A stretch of 63,507 nucleotides of DNA, the filler included, from Neoconidiobolus thromboides FSU 785 (taxonomy: Eukaryota; Fungi; Entomophthoromycota), in assembly GCA_025603075.1 (NCBI GenBank). It is 5 parts of 5 records of this genome, joined end to end, with 100 filler letters (N's around TTAATTAATTAA, not from the genome) between each part and the next. Parts side by side here need not be neighbours in the genome. Positions count along the whole stretch, not along the records: positions 1 to 26,935 come from MU626504.1; 4 more parts are not named here. One strand, 5' to 3'. Position 1 is the stretch's first letter, and every line of letters begins with the position of its first letter. The notes below the pieces were generated by a model. That model searched no databases. It was given only the letters and a program-made list of their open reading frames with translations, and was not told where the DNA came from. Below, in pieces: positions 1-12,503 of this stretch. Both the position numbers and the translations under genes were made by a program.

Positions 1-2
1 AT

Positions 3-134
3 TATAATAACGACTATAGTTCTGGGGCCACTGGGATAGGCGCAAGCTCTAACGGTGCTACTGGTGTTGGTGCATCCAATTCTAATGGGGGTATCGGTTT
101 AGGCCTTGGTCTTGGTCTAGGTTTAGATCTTTAA
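3..134 (+). CDS. 3' end of a Gly/Ser-rich low-complexity protein (5' truncated by window edge)
   Basis: Open frame YNNDYSSGATGIGASSNGATGVGASNSNGGIGLGLGLGLGLDL* ending TAA at 132-134; higher GC than flanks; composition resembles the ORFs at 1902 and 5692. Confidence 0.7.
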   Translation, partial: YNNDYSSGATGIGASSNGATGVGASNSNGGIGLGLGLGLGLDL

Positions 135-1793
135 GAGACTTAAAATTATTACTTTAATATTTCACATACTCTAATAATAAAATCATAATTCATATTTAAC
201 CAGTTATTTATAAATTTAAAAGTTTTAGCCATTTCAATACTAAAAATTCAACTTTAACTAGTTTTGTAAAGTAGTAAATGTACAACTGATAAACTTAATC
301 AACTCTTTTACTTTATAATATTAAGATTGAAACGACAAGTGGTATAACCAGAATATTGGTATCCTTTCCTAAATCAAAGTTGATTAAATTTCATTAGATT
401 TTTCTTGTTAAAGATTTCAAAAATATATTTTATATTGAAACTTTACAATTTTAATAGAATTTAGATATAAAATATTTAATACCTGGTTTTCTTAGTCTAT
501 TGCAGTAGAGTTTTTGAAATTTTATTGAGACAGAATTAAGTAATAGCCACCTAAATAAAAAATAAGGAGAACTTACAACTATTAAAATTTTGTCTCGATT
601 TAATTTGTATTTCATTCTAAAGCTAGTTGTTTGCCTGCTTAGCTTTTTGATCCTGATCTTTAGTCGTTATACTGATTTAAGTAGGATATATTCTTAATTA
701 TAGAACTAATCAGGTTACAATAGAAATGGAATGGTTGTATTTTAATAAGTGATTTGAACCTAAGTTTTTTGGTCAAAAAGAGGGTATTATTTTGAGGAGA
801 TGGGCTTACTCAATTCTAAACTGAGTTCAAGACCAAATATCAAATTTTCTTTTTAAATTTTTTTACATTGTCAATTATTCTTGACTACAACTTAAAACTT
901 GTTTCGCTAATAGATAACAATATAAATTATAGTCTACATAATGTAAATAAATTAAATAAAAGGGTGAAATCGTAAATTAGAAGTAATCTAAGAGTGGGGA
1001 TGGTTTTATTTTGAAATTGGCTTTATTTAAGATTTGTTTTTTTTAAATGCTCAGAATTGATCTAAAATACATGGTGTATACATGAGTTTTGAGAACAAGA
1101 TTTTCTTATTTAATACATTGATAATCAATAATAAATCTATTGATAATTAAAGCGAGAATAATACCTTACTGAAAGCTTTAACCTAGGCTAACACACAATA
1201 GTGATGCTTTAAAGGAAGCATAACAAATAAAATTTATTTTTATATAAAAAAATTAGATAACCTTTTATATTTGGAGCTATGGTTATTAATAACTCTTTGA
1301 CCTATTTTTATCTACTGATAAAACTACAAGCCAATTTAACTTTTGTTATAGAACTTTTCGATACTTTGATTTATCTATTTATCATAGTATGTTTTTTGAA
1401 CTTGATACTTAACTAGCCTACCCATTGCTTGCGGTTGTCATAGTACATATGGGTTTATATACCCCAGTATTTAATCAGTTCATATAAAGAGTTATTATAT
1501 ATTAAATGTATTATCTTGGGATTAAATCATATTATTGAGGGGCAGGAAAGTAGTTAACTTTAAACCATAATGTTTTAAAATCAAAAAATAGAATTTTTCA
1601 AACTTATCTTTCTTCACTTAGATTTTTTTAGCTACCAACCTTTTAGCTTAAAAAAATGACTAAATAGGGGGGTTTCGGGGTGATAAAAATTGGGCAGTTT
1701 TTCAAAAATTTGCTGAGTGGTGCGGCTAATTGAGCTAAGAATGCTCCCAATAAAATCTAAAAAGAAACAATTTAAAATTTGGTGTGAAGTATT

Positions 1794-1825
1794 TAAACCC
1801 TAAACCCTAAACCTTAAACCTTAAA
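1794..1825. repeat. Short telomere-like heptamer tract (TAAACCC)x2(TAAACCT)x2
   Basis: taaaccc taaaccc taaacct taaacct taaa, about 77 bp upstream of the ATG at 1902. Confidence 0.6.
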
Positions 1826-1901
1826 ATAAAAATAAAATTTAAATCCAATATACCATTAATTCTTTCTTGTCTTTATATATTTCATTAATATTTTTAAAAG
1901 T

Positions 1902-2597
1902 ATGAACTTACGCTTCTTAATTCTTTGCATAGGATTTCAGTCTAGTTTATCCTATAGTATTCCATTGGCCTATCGTCTATTGATTCGAGATATAGCACCA
2001 GTGGATTATTCTGCTATAACCAATGTTCAAAATAATGTTAATTTATACGGTGGGGCGACTGGAAGTAATGCAGGATTTTCTGCTGGAGGTACATTTAACA
2101 CGCCCCCAACTGGCGGCCCTGCTACCTCCATTAGCAGTAGTTTTGGGACAATCAATAATGGTGTTATCACTACCGGCTCAGGCACAACTACCAGTAGTAA
2201 TACCATTGGAAGTTCTGGAACTGTAGGTGGGCAAAGCAATTTCAATTCTGGAGGTCAATTTTCTTCAACTTCACCTAACCAATCATCTTATGGAATTAAC
2301 TCCTCACAAGGTACTTCTTTAAACAACGGTCTAGGGATGGCCGGATCCATGTCAGGAGGCATTGAATTTATAAGACAACCTGATGGTTCAGTATCGACAT
2401 CTGCTTCCTATTCCTCAACCAATGGAGTTGTTTCTCCAATTTTTTCTTCAGTTACTTCTAATAATGCAGGTATTGCCAACGGTAACGCTGTTACTGGTGC
2501 TTCATCCAATTTTAATGTACAGCAACCCACTATCCCTAGTACCAATGTCAGTACTCCAGTCATACCAAATACTAATGTTTCTACTGCGCCAAAATAA
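1902..2597 (+). CDS. Secreted Gly/Ser/Thr/Asn-rich protein, unknown function
   Basis: 231-aa intronless ORF, hydrophobic N-terminus (MNLRFLILCIGFQSSLSYS), low-complexity G/S/T/N body, no recognisable domain. Confidence 0.8.
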   Translation: MNLRFLILCIGFQSSLSYSIPLAYRLLIRDIAPVDYSAITNVQNNVNLYGGATGSNAGFSAGGTFNTPPTGGPATSISSSFGTINNGVITTGSGTTTSSNTIGSSGTVGGQSNFNSGGQFSSTSPNQSSYGINSSQGTSLNNGLGMAGSMSGGIEFIRQPDGSVSTSASYSSTNGVVSPIFSSVTSNNAGIANGNAVTGASSNFNVQQPTIPSTNVSTPVIPNTNVSTAPK

Positions 2598-2899
2598 AAC
2601 ATAATTGGTAAGGTCAAACCATTATGATTTACCTTAATATACCGAGACACTTTTACTTACAAATCCTATACGCTTTATTTTTATTATTATATCACATTCA
2701 TTTTATATTTAAATTGTCTATTAAACTTTCTTTAAATCTTATTGATTTAGTTATGCATATTGTTATTTTAATTAAAGTTTATTAATTTCCAGACTTAGAT
2801 TCTAGACTATCAGCTTTTGAAAATAATTTTAAACATCACCTTGTTATTAGATTTTATATTGTGCTTTTATCTAATATTATAAGATTATGGGCTTTTAGT

Positions 2900-3004
2900 A
2901 CATGGGAATGTTTTTTTTAGTTTCATTATTTTTTCATTTTTTTAAGCGTTATTTGAGTAAGAAGATTGTTAGTAAAATCTTAAACAAAAAATACAGCCCC
3001 ATAT
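2900..3004 (-). mobile_element. ~105-bp MITE-like element copy
   Basis: Matches the family consensus ATATGGGGATGTATTTTTGTGTTTAAGAATTTTACTAACAA..TTCCGCTCAAATAG.GCTTAAAAAATGGAAAAA.TAATGAA..CAAAAAAACA.TCCCATAT (this orientation defined as +). Confidence 0.8.
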
Positions 3005-5691
3005 ACAGGATTATGGATTTTTACCTTTGCTTTAAATGAACCAGGTTAAAACAGGTTTTAGTTCAATTTTTCTTATTCTTGCCAAAAAGTTGAAAAAAGC
3101 ACCTCTTACTTCATTTTAGATCTTTTATTTGAATTTTGAAGACAGTATCTTCTTATCTATCTTCTCACCTCTCTTTCCACAACCTATACGTCCAGTTTAA
3201 TTAAACCAAAGTGATAATACCCCGACTTTTTAATCAAAATTATACTTTTTAAAACAATAGTAAATGCTAATCCCATAATGAAAATTTAACTTGAAAGCAT
3301 TTGGAATAGAATTCTACCTATAGAATATCTCTAAAGAAATGTTTTTATATGCAAAATCTATATAAAAATTTGATGATTCATCTAAAAAATATAGGAAATG
3401 CCGTCTGAAAGAAATAATTTGAAAGACAAACCTACTGAACTGAAATATATAGTTGCATAAATATAAAAATAATAATAAAAAATAAAATATTGATGGAGTT
3501 GAATGGGGGGGAGAGGAGGAGTATTGGTTAATAGAGCTGACTGCGTTAAATTGTGTAGAATTTTCAATCAAATCTATGATACACTTGTTTATTATGCTCT
3601 CTATAGTTTCTCATTAAATTCCTTATTCAAATTTGATAAGGTTCTTTTTGATTTATCGCCTTCAAGTATAATTGAAAAAGTTTGTGTTTAGTTTATTATA
3701 TAAGATGAAAAAATGATGAAAGCTAATGTTATTTTCATTCTAAAATCTTTATAGATTTAAACTATATTAACTACTTTTTATTAACTAACTTTACAATGAG
3801 TATCTTGGACAGTAAACTTAGCACTAAAGTTCATAAATCATTAATCACTTGGCTGTCTGAAGGCCAACAAAGAGAGAGCTTAGAGCTAAAAGCGATCTTA
3901 AGCATCAATCAAACGAGCCGAAACCATCAAGTCTGTTTAACTATTTACATCATTACCTTGGACCACGTCTATCATTAAGCTCTCAAAACCTTAAACCAAT
4001 CCCACAACTTAGAAACAGTAAGAAAAAAGTCGGGTAGCATAAACTCCTGAATTTACTAAAGGGTATCCAGTTATCAAAATCAAGCTATCCAAATACCCTT
4101 GTTAATCAAATTCAAGTTGGTTACTCAAATATATTTGCGATTAGATGAAGTAACATGGACTTATTTAGTGCTTTTAAACAATTATTGTTTGATATAATCT
4201 TACTGTTAATTGTGCCAAAGCTCTACATTTAAAAATAGAAACTAAAATTTAACGCTATATAAGTATTCAAACTCCAGCAAGAATAAATGATTACTTTCGA
4301 AATATTATACAATTTTATAGCTGCTTTCAAAATAGAAAACAAATAATAAAATCAATAAGGCATAAGGGGGAGGGGTAGGAAGAAATTACCAAACTACGGG
4401 GAGTAGAGTAACTCAAGGATATTCAGTCTTTGAATGGCAGATTGGTACACATTGGCTTTGTGTTCTACTTTCTAAGTTAGTTTAGGGGAAAAAAAGGAAG
4501 ATATGACAGTGGAGAGGGGTAAACATATTATCTTCTGATGATTTTATGCATTAAGGGTGAATAATCCAAAGGCCAGCTCACAAAAAATGTTGAGGATATT
4601 TAAATCTTTTGAAATTTGAACTAATTAACGATGTCTAATGTTATTTTTTAAATATTACTTATGTCATAGCCTCATAATAGTACAAAATTTCAACTTAGAC
4701 GATACCAATCTATGGGATATGCCAACTAAGCTAATAAAATACTATTGTCTCAGTAAAAGTTGTAGGAGTCCTTTTCAACCACTCATCTAATAGTTCAATA
4801 ACTATTAGTATGCAAGAAATAAGGCTAACATCAATAGTCTTTATGAGAACTTGTAGCATCTTTACTATTATGTTTATCGGAAATCTGATCTAATTGAAAA
4901 TAGCTGTCTAGTTTAGAGCAGTGGAATGCTCCAAGTATTCAAAATAACTTAATAAGTAGGACCGGTTCTATTTTTAAACTTCAAGCAATTCAAATGATTA
5001 GTAATAAAGGGTGGTACTTTAGAATTGATACTTATTTTAAGTGCTGATACAATATTATGATATTTGAAATATTGATGCATTGAGGTACCATAAGTTATAA
5101 TGTGGGTGCAGATCAAATTATTGTCAAAAGTTTAAAGAACATCAATAATATTTAAGTATAAATAACATTTGGATTATTACAAAATAAACTAATTGTATTA
5201 TTTGAATGTGCATAATATATAATTTATTGACAATTATGGAGTTTTTAAATTCATTGATAAAACTGGACCGGAAATTTATACTTAAATAAATATTTTAGTA
5301 GTTTTATCTTTGTAATTTGTTTTATTAACCATTTTATTATTGATATAATTTCTTAATATTAGAAGAAACAATATAATTAAAAATGAATACATTTTAGTTT
5401 TACAACTCTGTTTATTATTAATAAGCAAGTATAGTGCTTGGCTATTAACTAATTGTATAACTTAAAACAACTTTGTAGTATTGAAACTTGGTCTTTATAT
5501 ATTTTTTATTTAATTTTAATTCTTAGCTTAATTACAACTGTGGAAAATTTAACTAAAAGTGGGCTAGTCTTACTTGGAACAAGCTAACAGTAAATAACAC
5601 TACCCCAATTTCTGATTTTGCCCCTGAATTTTGTTGGTACTATAAAACCTTCAATTTAGAAATTATCTAATTTTACATATTTTTATTATCA

Positions 5692-6309
5692 ATGAGATTA
5701 CCATCTTTGCTATTAACGGTAGTAATCACCTCGATAAATGCCGCTCCAATACTAGAGAAAAGAGGTTTGATAGGTGCGTTAACTGGAAGTACTAACGGAC
5801 AGTCAACTAGCACAGGAAGCGCAACTGGTCAAGCTAATGGGCCTGGTGCTTCGTTTGGAAGCAGTGCATTTACAGGCACTAATGAAACGAACGGAAGTAC
5901 AGCAATTCAAGGAAGTACTTATCCTCCAGGAACGACCCCAGTGGCAAGTTCTGGCGTAAGTTACAATGCTAATGGGAATGGAGGCTCAAATTATGGCTCT
6001 GTATCTCAAGGTTCAAATTACTCTACTAGTTCTAGCTTCCAGTCCCAATCTCCCAATGGCTTTGCTACAGGTGGTGGAGCTTCTAATGGTAATATGATCT
6101 TAAATACGATAGGATTATCGAATTCTTATGGCGGCGCAATTTCAGCTAATGATCAACAGGGTATTGCTGTAGCAGGTGGTGTTTCTCAAGGTGTTGGTAT
6201 TGCTGGTACACCTATATCCACTACGGTAACTATTGGTGGGTCACTATCATTAGGTCCTGGATATACAACAAATCAATATTCTCAAAATCAAGTATATAGT
6301 AGCTACTAA
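5692..6309 (+). CDS. Secreted Gly/Ser-rich protein with signal peptide and Kex2-type site
   Basis: 205 aa; MRLPSLLLTVVITSINA-APILEKR is a classic fungal signal + propeptide ending in KR; Cys-free G/S/T/N/Q body; TATAAAA about 50 bp upstream. Confidence 0.85.
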   Translation: MRLPSLLLTVVITSINAAPILEKRGLIGALTGSTNGQSTSTGSATGQANGPGASFGSSAFTGTNETNGSTAIQGSTYPPGTTPVASSGVSYNANGNGGSNYGSVSQGSNYSTSSSFQSQSPNGFATGGGASNGNMILNTIGLSNSYGGAISANDQQGIAVAGGVSQGVGIAGTPISTTVTIGGSLSLGPGYTTNQYSQNQVYSSY

Positions 6310-6668
6310 TCTTTCAAATATCAACTAATTTTATTGACTATTCAAAAACACTAATAAACTATATGTGATTTTATATTATATAAAGTACTGGTTTCAAAGA
6401 GAATTTTTTTTATAAATTTCTTAAAGCATAAAACCTTTAATTTAGAAAATGAATATATCATCTTTAACTAAATAGTTTAACAAACAAACATTTAACTTAT
6501 TCTACAATCTTTTATTAAATATTCTATTATAGTCCCAATATAAGCTATTTAGGTCGATATTTTTTTATGAAATTTAAATTTACTGAAAATATTTCATATG
6601 AGGTTTAACATATTTCTAATATTACAAAGTAAGGATGTATTTTACAAGCTTATCTAATTGAGTTATCT

Positions 6669-6775
6669 ATATGGAGATAAATTTTTTTATTTAAGAATTT
6701 CACTAACAGTTTTTCCGCCCAAACGGGGTTCAAAAAATGGAAAAAGTGATAAAACTATAAAAGATATCCCCATAT
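6669..6775 (+). mobile_element. MITE-like element copy
   Basis: ATATGGAG...CCCCATAT termini; family internal sequence. Confidence 0.8.
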
Positions 6776-7435
6776 TAAGATTAATAATAAAACAGAACTG
6801 AATTTTTTTGCAGATAAATAAGCGTTTTTAATCTATTGAACTTTACTATTAATTTTAATAAAAACATTGGTTGAGTTTGTAACCTTATAGCAGAAATTGA
6901 ACATGTATTTAAAAATACTAACTTCAGACCATATCAAAAATCCATGTTATAAATTTAAGTAAAATTCTTAAACACAAAAATACATCCCCATTGTTTAAAA
7001 TGTATCATATTTTTAAATTTCTTCAGGAGACAACTCTCAAGTGATAAACAAAGTTTATAATAAAAAATGATTAGATAAAGGGGGTGTCTTACCATAAAGA
7101 TAAAGTATATCTACCTTTACGACTTTTGTCTAACCTAACTTTTGAAAAATCGAAATCGGTCTCCCAAGGAATATGCTATTCAATAAACATGGGGTAGGCT
7201 GAAGGGACTGGTTTCTCTAATGAAAAGAAAAGACCCAAAAGGGTTTTTTAGGTGGTCCATATGACTGAGAAGCTGAAATACACTAAAAAGGTAAAATGAA
7301 AGTTCTGCAAATAACTAACAAAAATCTATCCTTAAAATTAAAATAACTAATCATTATTATTATTAACAAAGTCAGTTATATTGCCAAATTTAAAGCTTGT
7401 TTTTGATTAATTTCGATTATTACATGAGATTAAAC

Positions 7436-7542
7436 ATATGGGAGTGTTTTTTTTGACTTCATTATTTTTTCCATTTTTTAAGCGCTATTTGGGCGGAAAA
7501 TTTGTTAATAAAATTCTTAAACACAAAAATACATCCCCATAT
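7436..7542 (-). mobile_element. MITE-like element copy (near-consensus)
   Basis: ATATGGGAGTG...CATCCCCATAT, 107 bp. Confidence 0.85.
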
Positions 7543-7556
7543 CTTGTAAAATAAGT

Positions 7557-7658
7557 TATAGGGACGCTTTTTTTGGTTTCATTACTTTTTCCATCTTTTA
7601 GCGCTATTTGAGTGGAAAGGTCGATAATAAAATTCCTAAAAAAAATACAACCTCTTAT
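7557..7658 (-). mobile_element. MITE-like element copy (degenerate, adjacent to the previous copy)
   Basis: Family internal sequence 14 bp after the 7436 copy. Confidence 0.7.
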
Positions 7659-7821
7659 CTTGATTCCATTCTGCTTTAATTTCTGTACATCAAAATTTTA
7701 TTTTACAAATAAAAATCCATATGTAACATAAACCTTGAAAAACATACCGAAAATATAAAACGACCAACAAAAAATTACTGCTTTACTATTTAAATAAAGA
7801 TTTATTATTCGGGTACTCTTT

Positions 7822-8292
7822 TTAACTGAGCATGTAACCAATAGCCAATGTAGTAAACATAACATTAACGTAGCCAGATTGAAATAGCATAATTGAATTA
7901 TTCGAATTAAGCGAACTAGAATCACTGGAGTTAAGGCTATCAGTACCAGAACTAGCTGAACTTGCACTGGCATTAGAACTACTAATACTGCTCATTCCAT
8001 CCATACCATCATCAGTTCCAGAGGTTGGTGCACTAGAGCTATTATCAGAGGTTTGAGTAGCAGTTAAAACTGGACTTGAACTCATTGTGTTTCCAGAAGC
8101 ATCTGTAGCGGAAGAATCATTTATCGGAGTATGACTTCTAGTATGAGTACGTGAGCCCTTGTTACTCATATTTATACCATTATTGGTGCCATCATTTGGA
8201 CTCAGCTGAGTACTGAATATAGAATCATTATTATTAGATTGAGCAGCAATTAGAGTAAAGAATAAAATAGAAATTATAGTATTAAAACGCAT
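7822..8292 (-). CDS. Ser/Thr-rich putative GPI-anchored cell-surface protein (array member 1)
   Basis: Signal MRFNTIISILFFTLIAAQS, S/T/D/N-rich core, hydrophobic C-terminus (GYVNVMFTTLAIGYMLS); paralogous termini with four neighbours. Confidence 0.85.
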   Translation of the reverse strand: MRFNTIISILFFTLIAAQSNNNDSIFSTQLSPNDGTNNGINMSNKGSRTHTRSHTPINDSSATDASGNTMSSSPVLTATQTSDNSSSAPTSGTDDGMDGMSSISSSNASASSASSGTDSLNSSDSSSLNSNNSIMLFQSGYVNVMFTTLAIGYMLS

Positions 8293-9919
8293 TTTTGTAT
8301 TTAAAGTTAAAAGTTGATTATTATTATTATTATTATTATTTTGATTTTTTTATTGTTATTTTGACTTTCTTAGTATTTTTATATACCAAAATTTTTGCCA
8401 AGCTATTTTTTATTAATCATTTATACACTTGATCTATCCACTTATCATTTCTTTGTATGCTGGGTAGTTATGCTAGCTAGCTTTTTTTTCTTGGCTTGGA
8501 TTAAGTGGAATGTTCATTCATATTAAGATTGGTTAAAAAACAGGATGAGTTTTAAGGCTATTGTTTAATAAGCATAATGACTAGGAAGTAGGAAAGCTTC
8601 AAAAGCAAGTTGAACACTAAGGGTAGTAGTTAGTAAGATAAAATAAAAGGTTTTCTTGTCATAATATAGATGGATTCGGTTTATCTATTACGTTGATGCT
8701 CTTATATAAAATAATCAAACTCTTATAATAATTTCTTAATTTAGGCTTCATTTGATTTAAAAATATAACTTAATTAAATTAACAAATTACTAAAAATAAA
8801 GTTTTTGGAGTTTCTGAAAAATTTTTTTTATTGAAAACAGGGGAAAATGCAAATTGTTACAGCTCATTACGACTTTTTTAGTGGCGGTTTTTATAGCCTA
8901 TATATTATATAGTCAATTTTTTTTAATGCCTGATTTATATATTTTAAATAAATTTGCTACGAAATTTTTACTAAATTAAAAATTAAAAAGATCATAAAAG
9001 AACTGCAATAACTTAAATAAATTAAAATTCATTCATTTTAAGAAAATATTATGGTCCCCAAATCCATTTTAAACTATAATTATCGCTTATCTAATTTATT
9101 TAATAGAGTTTTAAAAACAAAAGATTTCAATTGATAAGGTTTTAAACATTGAGATTCCTTGGCTTGGATTAGATATGGTTTAAAGCATCCACTGCTAATT
9201 AAAATACTAGTACTAAATATAACGTTTTATTTTTAAAATTCTATTGAAATTCCAATTGAATTTAGATCAAAAGCTCATATTTATCTCATTCTCAGTTCCT
9301 TTTTACAAATATCACAAAGTAACGATAAATGCTAAAAAAACAATACCTTTTCTGGTAAAGTTTAAAGCTAACCATGATTTTTTTTTACAAACCAGAACCT
9401 AGATAAAACTGTGGAATTTTTTTAGAGCTTACCCTGTCGTTTAAACTTGTCGTATTTACCTTTTTAGTCTGATCTTTGGGACCTAGTATTTGAGTTTTTG
9501 ATTTAAGTTTTGACTATATTTATATGATAGTTTTTTAATAGATTTTCATTTTTTTGCCTTTCTATTAATAACCTCTAGTAAATAATAACGATCTAAAGGG
9601 ACCGGCAATATCCACATATTGCCATAAATACTATCTCACAGTTGGAAAGTAATGTCTTAAAAAATAAGTATTTAAGTTGTAAAGTGGGCTCGATTATTAC
9701 ATTTTTAAAAGGATTAAAATTTTCAAGTATTTGAATTATTAATATTTGTAAATTTATTATAAGATTCATACCTTATTTATCTGCCTTTATTTATAACAAC
9801 AATGCTATTATGTTATATAAAGGCGTAATTAAAGATGCTGATATATTATATTTTATACTTAAGAAAACTTTAAAAAATAATTTGATAAAAAATATTTATT
9901 ATTATTAAAAAAAACTCAG

Positions 9920-10438
9920 CTAATTTACAAGATAGCTAACAAAAATAGTAGTAAAAAAGGAAACTAAATAATTGGACTTGATCATAACTCCAGAACTATT
10001 AAGATCCACAATAGTGTTTGTAGTAGAACCGGTATCGCTACTTCTTTTAGTCAATATAGAGGTACTACTTGAAGTGTAAGAGCCACCAGTTGAGCTTGAT
10101 CCAGAACTAGTGCTATTAGAGTCAGAATCAGCTGAACTAGAGTCATCACTAGCTGAAGTTGAAGGGGATCCACTATCATCAGTAGTTGGGGTAGCTATGA
10201 AAGTTACATTAGTGATAATACCATTACCAAATGTACTTGTATCTGTAGAATCAGTAACTGTAGTTGGAGATCCACTGAGAGAAGTATTAGAACTATTAGT
10301 ATCCATTATAGAATCTGTACTTTGTAAATCGGAACCACTATCAGTTATGGTTTGTGTACTTGAGCTACTATCCGTGTTACTTGATTGTGCAGTAATTAAA
10401 GTAAAGAATAATGGTAAAATTAAAGTGTTGAAACGCAT
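9920..10438 (-). CDS. Ser/Thr-rich putative GPI-anchored cell-surface protein (array member 2)
   Basis: MRFNTLILPLFFTLITAQSS ... NSSGVMIKSNYLVSFFTTIFVSYLVN. Confidence 0.85.
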   Translation of the reverse strand: MRFNTLILPLFFTLITAQSSNTDSSSSTQTITDSGSDLQSTDSIMDTNSSNTSLSGSPTTVTDSTDTSTFGNGIITNVTFIATPTTDDSGSPSTSASDDSSSADSDSNSTSSGSSSTGGSYTSSSTSILTKRSSDTGSTTNTIVDLNSSGVMIKSNYLVSFFTTIFVSYLVN

Positions 10439-10694
10439 ATATGATTAGGGTAAAATATTAATTTTTTTATAATTAATAAAGTTAATTTTCGATAGCTTTT
10501 ATAACGCTTGTTCGAAACATGGTGCTTCATGCCAAGCCAATCCTAAAAGGAGCATTGATTTATTTCAAATAAAGAGCCTTGGCTGTTTGTAAATATATAT
10601 TAATAAATATATATTTGATACGATTTAATAGAAATTAAACTTAAATTAGTAATTTTAATTAATTTTAATAGTTTTACTGGGATATTAATAATTG

Positions 10695-10790
10695 AAGATG
10701 TTTTTTTGGCTTCACCACCTATTTATTTTTTGTGCTATTTAAGTGAAAAGATTGTTAGTAAAATTCTTAGACACAAAACATATTCCGTTG
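10695..10790 (-). mobile_element. MITE-like element copy (degenerate)
   Basis: gctatttaagtgaaaagattgttagtaaaattctta core; limits approximate. Confidence 0.65.
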
Positions 10791-11747
10791 TTTGTTGATA
10801 ATGATCAATTTTCTTTATTTAAGGTCAAAGCTAAAGGCCTATTTAAATAAAATTAGAAGCTCCCTGTTTGATTTTCTTATGGATAGTCCTAAACAAAAAA
10901 ATATTTGTAATGGTGGTTAACCATAACTTTCAAAGCAAAAAAAATCGATGTATAAACCAAATTACTCACTAAATATATATCTCTTTGTTTTCATCTTTTT
11001 TATAAAAAGTAAACGTAATTTAATTCATTAATGTTTTAGAGTAAATTTAAAGGACTTAATCAGAGTACAACTACAATATTTACAATTGTTTAAAATTTCA
11101 AATTAACACTATGTCAATATTTTAGTTTAATGTTGTTAAGTTAATTGCATCTTTTACTATTAAGAGGTTTTCAAATAATCTATTTTTAATATAGAAAACG
11201 GTAAAATTGTACATCTGCTATAATAAAAAAATTTACTATAAAAAGAACTGAGTTTTAAGCTAGATAAATTTTAATCAATGATGTATCAAAAAACAGGAAT
11301 AAAACTGTTACAACCAAAAACTTTCACTATTTTAACACTTGGCTATCAACAATGAGTATGATTAGTGATTGTTTTTTAAAGCAAGACTAAGAAAAGTTAA
11401 ACTCATTCAATTTGGTAGTCAAAAGACTACTTTAATTAAACTTATTTTCTCAAATTAATTTAGCACCCAAAGATTAAGGATCGTCCCAATAATTTAAAAT
11501 AAATATTTTTTAGATTCAAAAGGATCTCAACATATAGGTTTTTTAAAAACTTAGTATTTCGAATTTTTTAAATGACACTTGTGTATTCATATAATAAATC
11601 TTTAAATTCTTAAGTTTTTTACTTATAAGGAAAGACATACTACTTTTAAAAGCGTACTATAATTGAACTTATTAACAGTGTTTATTTTGTTAAAAGGCCA
11701 AAATAAAAAAGTAGCTTAAAATAATACACATTTATTAAAAAACTCTA

Positions 11748-12503
11748 TCAATTTAAAAGATAGCGAATAATAATAGTAATAAGGAATGAAACAAAATAAT
11801 TGTACTTAAGTGTAAATCCAGAGCTATTAGAACTCACAACAATATTTGTAGTAGAAATGAAGTTTTTAATTGTTGTGGTCAATGCATAGGTACTACTTCT
11901 AGTATAAGGGCCATCAGTTAGATTTGATGAAGGATTACTGACACTGGAGCTTGAGCTTGAATCGGTTGAACTAACATTAGAACTAGTTGAGCTAGAATCA
12001 GATGAAGTTGACCCAGATGTAGTATTGTTGGTTGCAGTTGAAATAGATACATTATTGTCAGTTAAAGTTGAAGAAGGCATACCATTATCCATAGTTAAAG
12101 TATACACAGTCCCATTGATTGAAGTAGAGTCAAACACATTGCCATTGACTGAATTTGGAGCAGATATAATACCATCAGTTGAAGTTGAAGACAGTGGTGG
12201 ATCCTCCATGATTAGTGTAGATGTGAAAATTACGTTTTTAGTTGGTGTAATTGTAAAAATCTCATCTGTAGTTGGAGTAGATGTAAAGTTAACATGAGCA
12301 ATCATACCACTACTAAAAATATTTTTAGTACTCAAACCAGTCATTGTAGTTGATATTTGACTATCTGAAATACTAGAATTATCAGCTGAAACTATTGAAT
12401 TGGTCTCACTATCGACACTAACTAAAATAGAAGTACCTGTACTACTTGATTGTACAGTGATTAAATTAAAGAATAAAGACAGTATTAAATTATTGAAACG
12501 CAT
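11748..12503 (-). CDS. Ser/Thr-rich putative GPI-anchored cell-surface protein (array member 3)
   Basis: MRFNNLILSLFFNLITVQSS ... NSSGFTLKYNYFVSFLITIIIRYLLN. Confidence 0.85.
   Translation of the reverse strand: MRFNNLILSLFFNLITVQSSSTGTSILVSVDSETNSIVSADNSSISDSQISTTMTGLSTKNIFSSGMIAHVNFTSTPTTDEIFTITPTKNVIFTSTLIMEDPPLSSTSTDGIISAPNSVNGNVFDSTSINGTVYTLTMDNGMPSSTLTDNNVSISTATNNTTSGSTSSDSSSTSSNVSSTDSSSSSSVSNPSSNLTDGPYTRSSTYALTTTIKNFISTTNIVVSSNSSGFTLKYNYFVSFLITIIIRYLLN

Noticed and set aside
2023-2650. Hydrophobic overlapping ORFs (2023, 2027, 2383, 2408; likewise 7698, 10110, 12025, 27305-27685, 39940-43045, 44575-44975, 55801, 56668)
   Set aside because: These are alternative-frame or antisense shadows of real low-complexity genes, with no independent motif
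3314-3978. Short ORFs at 3314, 3382, 3503 and 3796
   Set aside because: AT-rich chance ORFs with no recognisable motifs and non-ATG or weak starts
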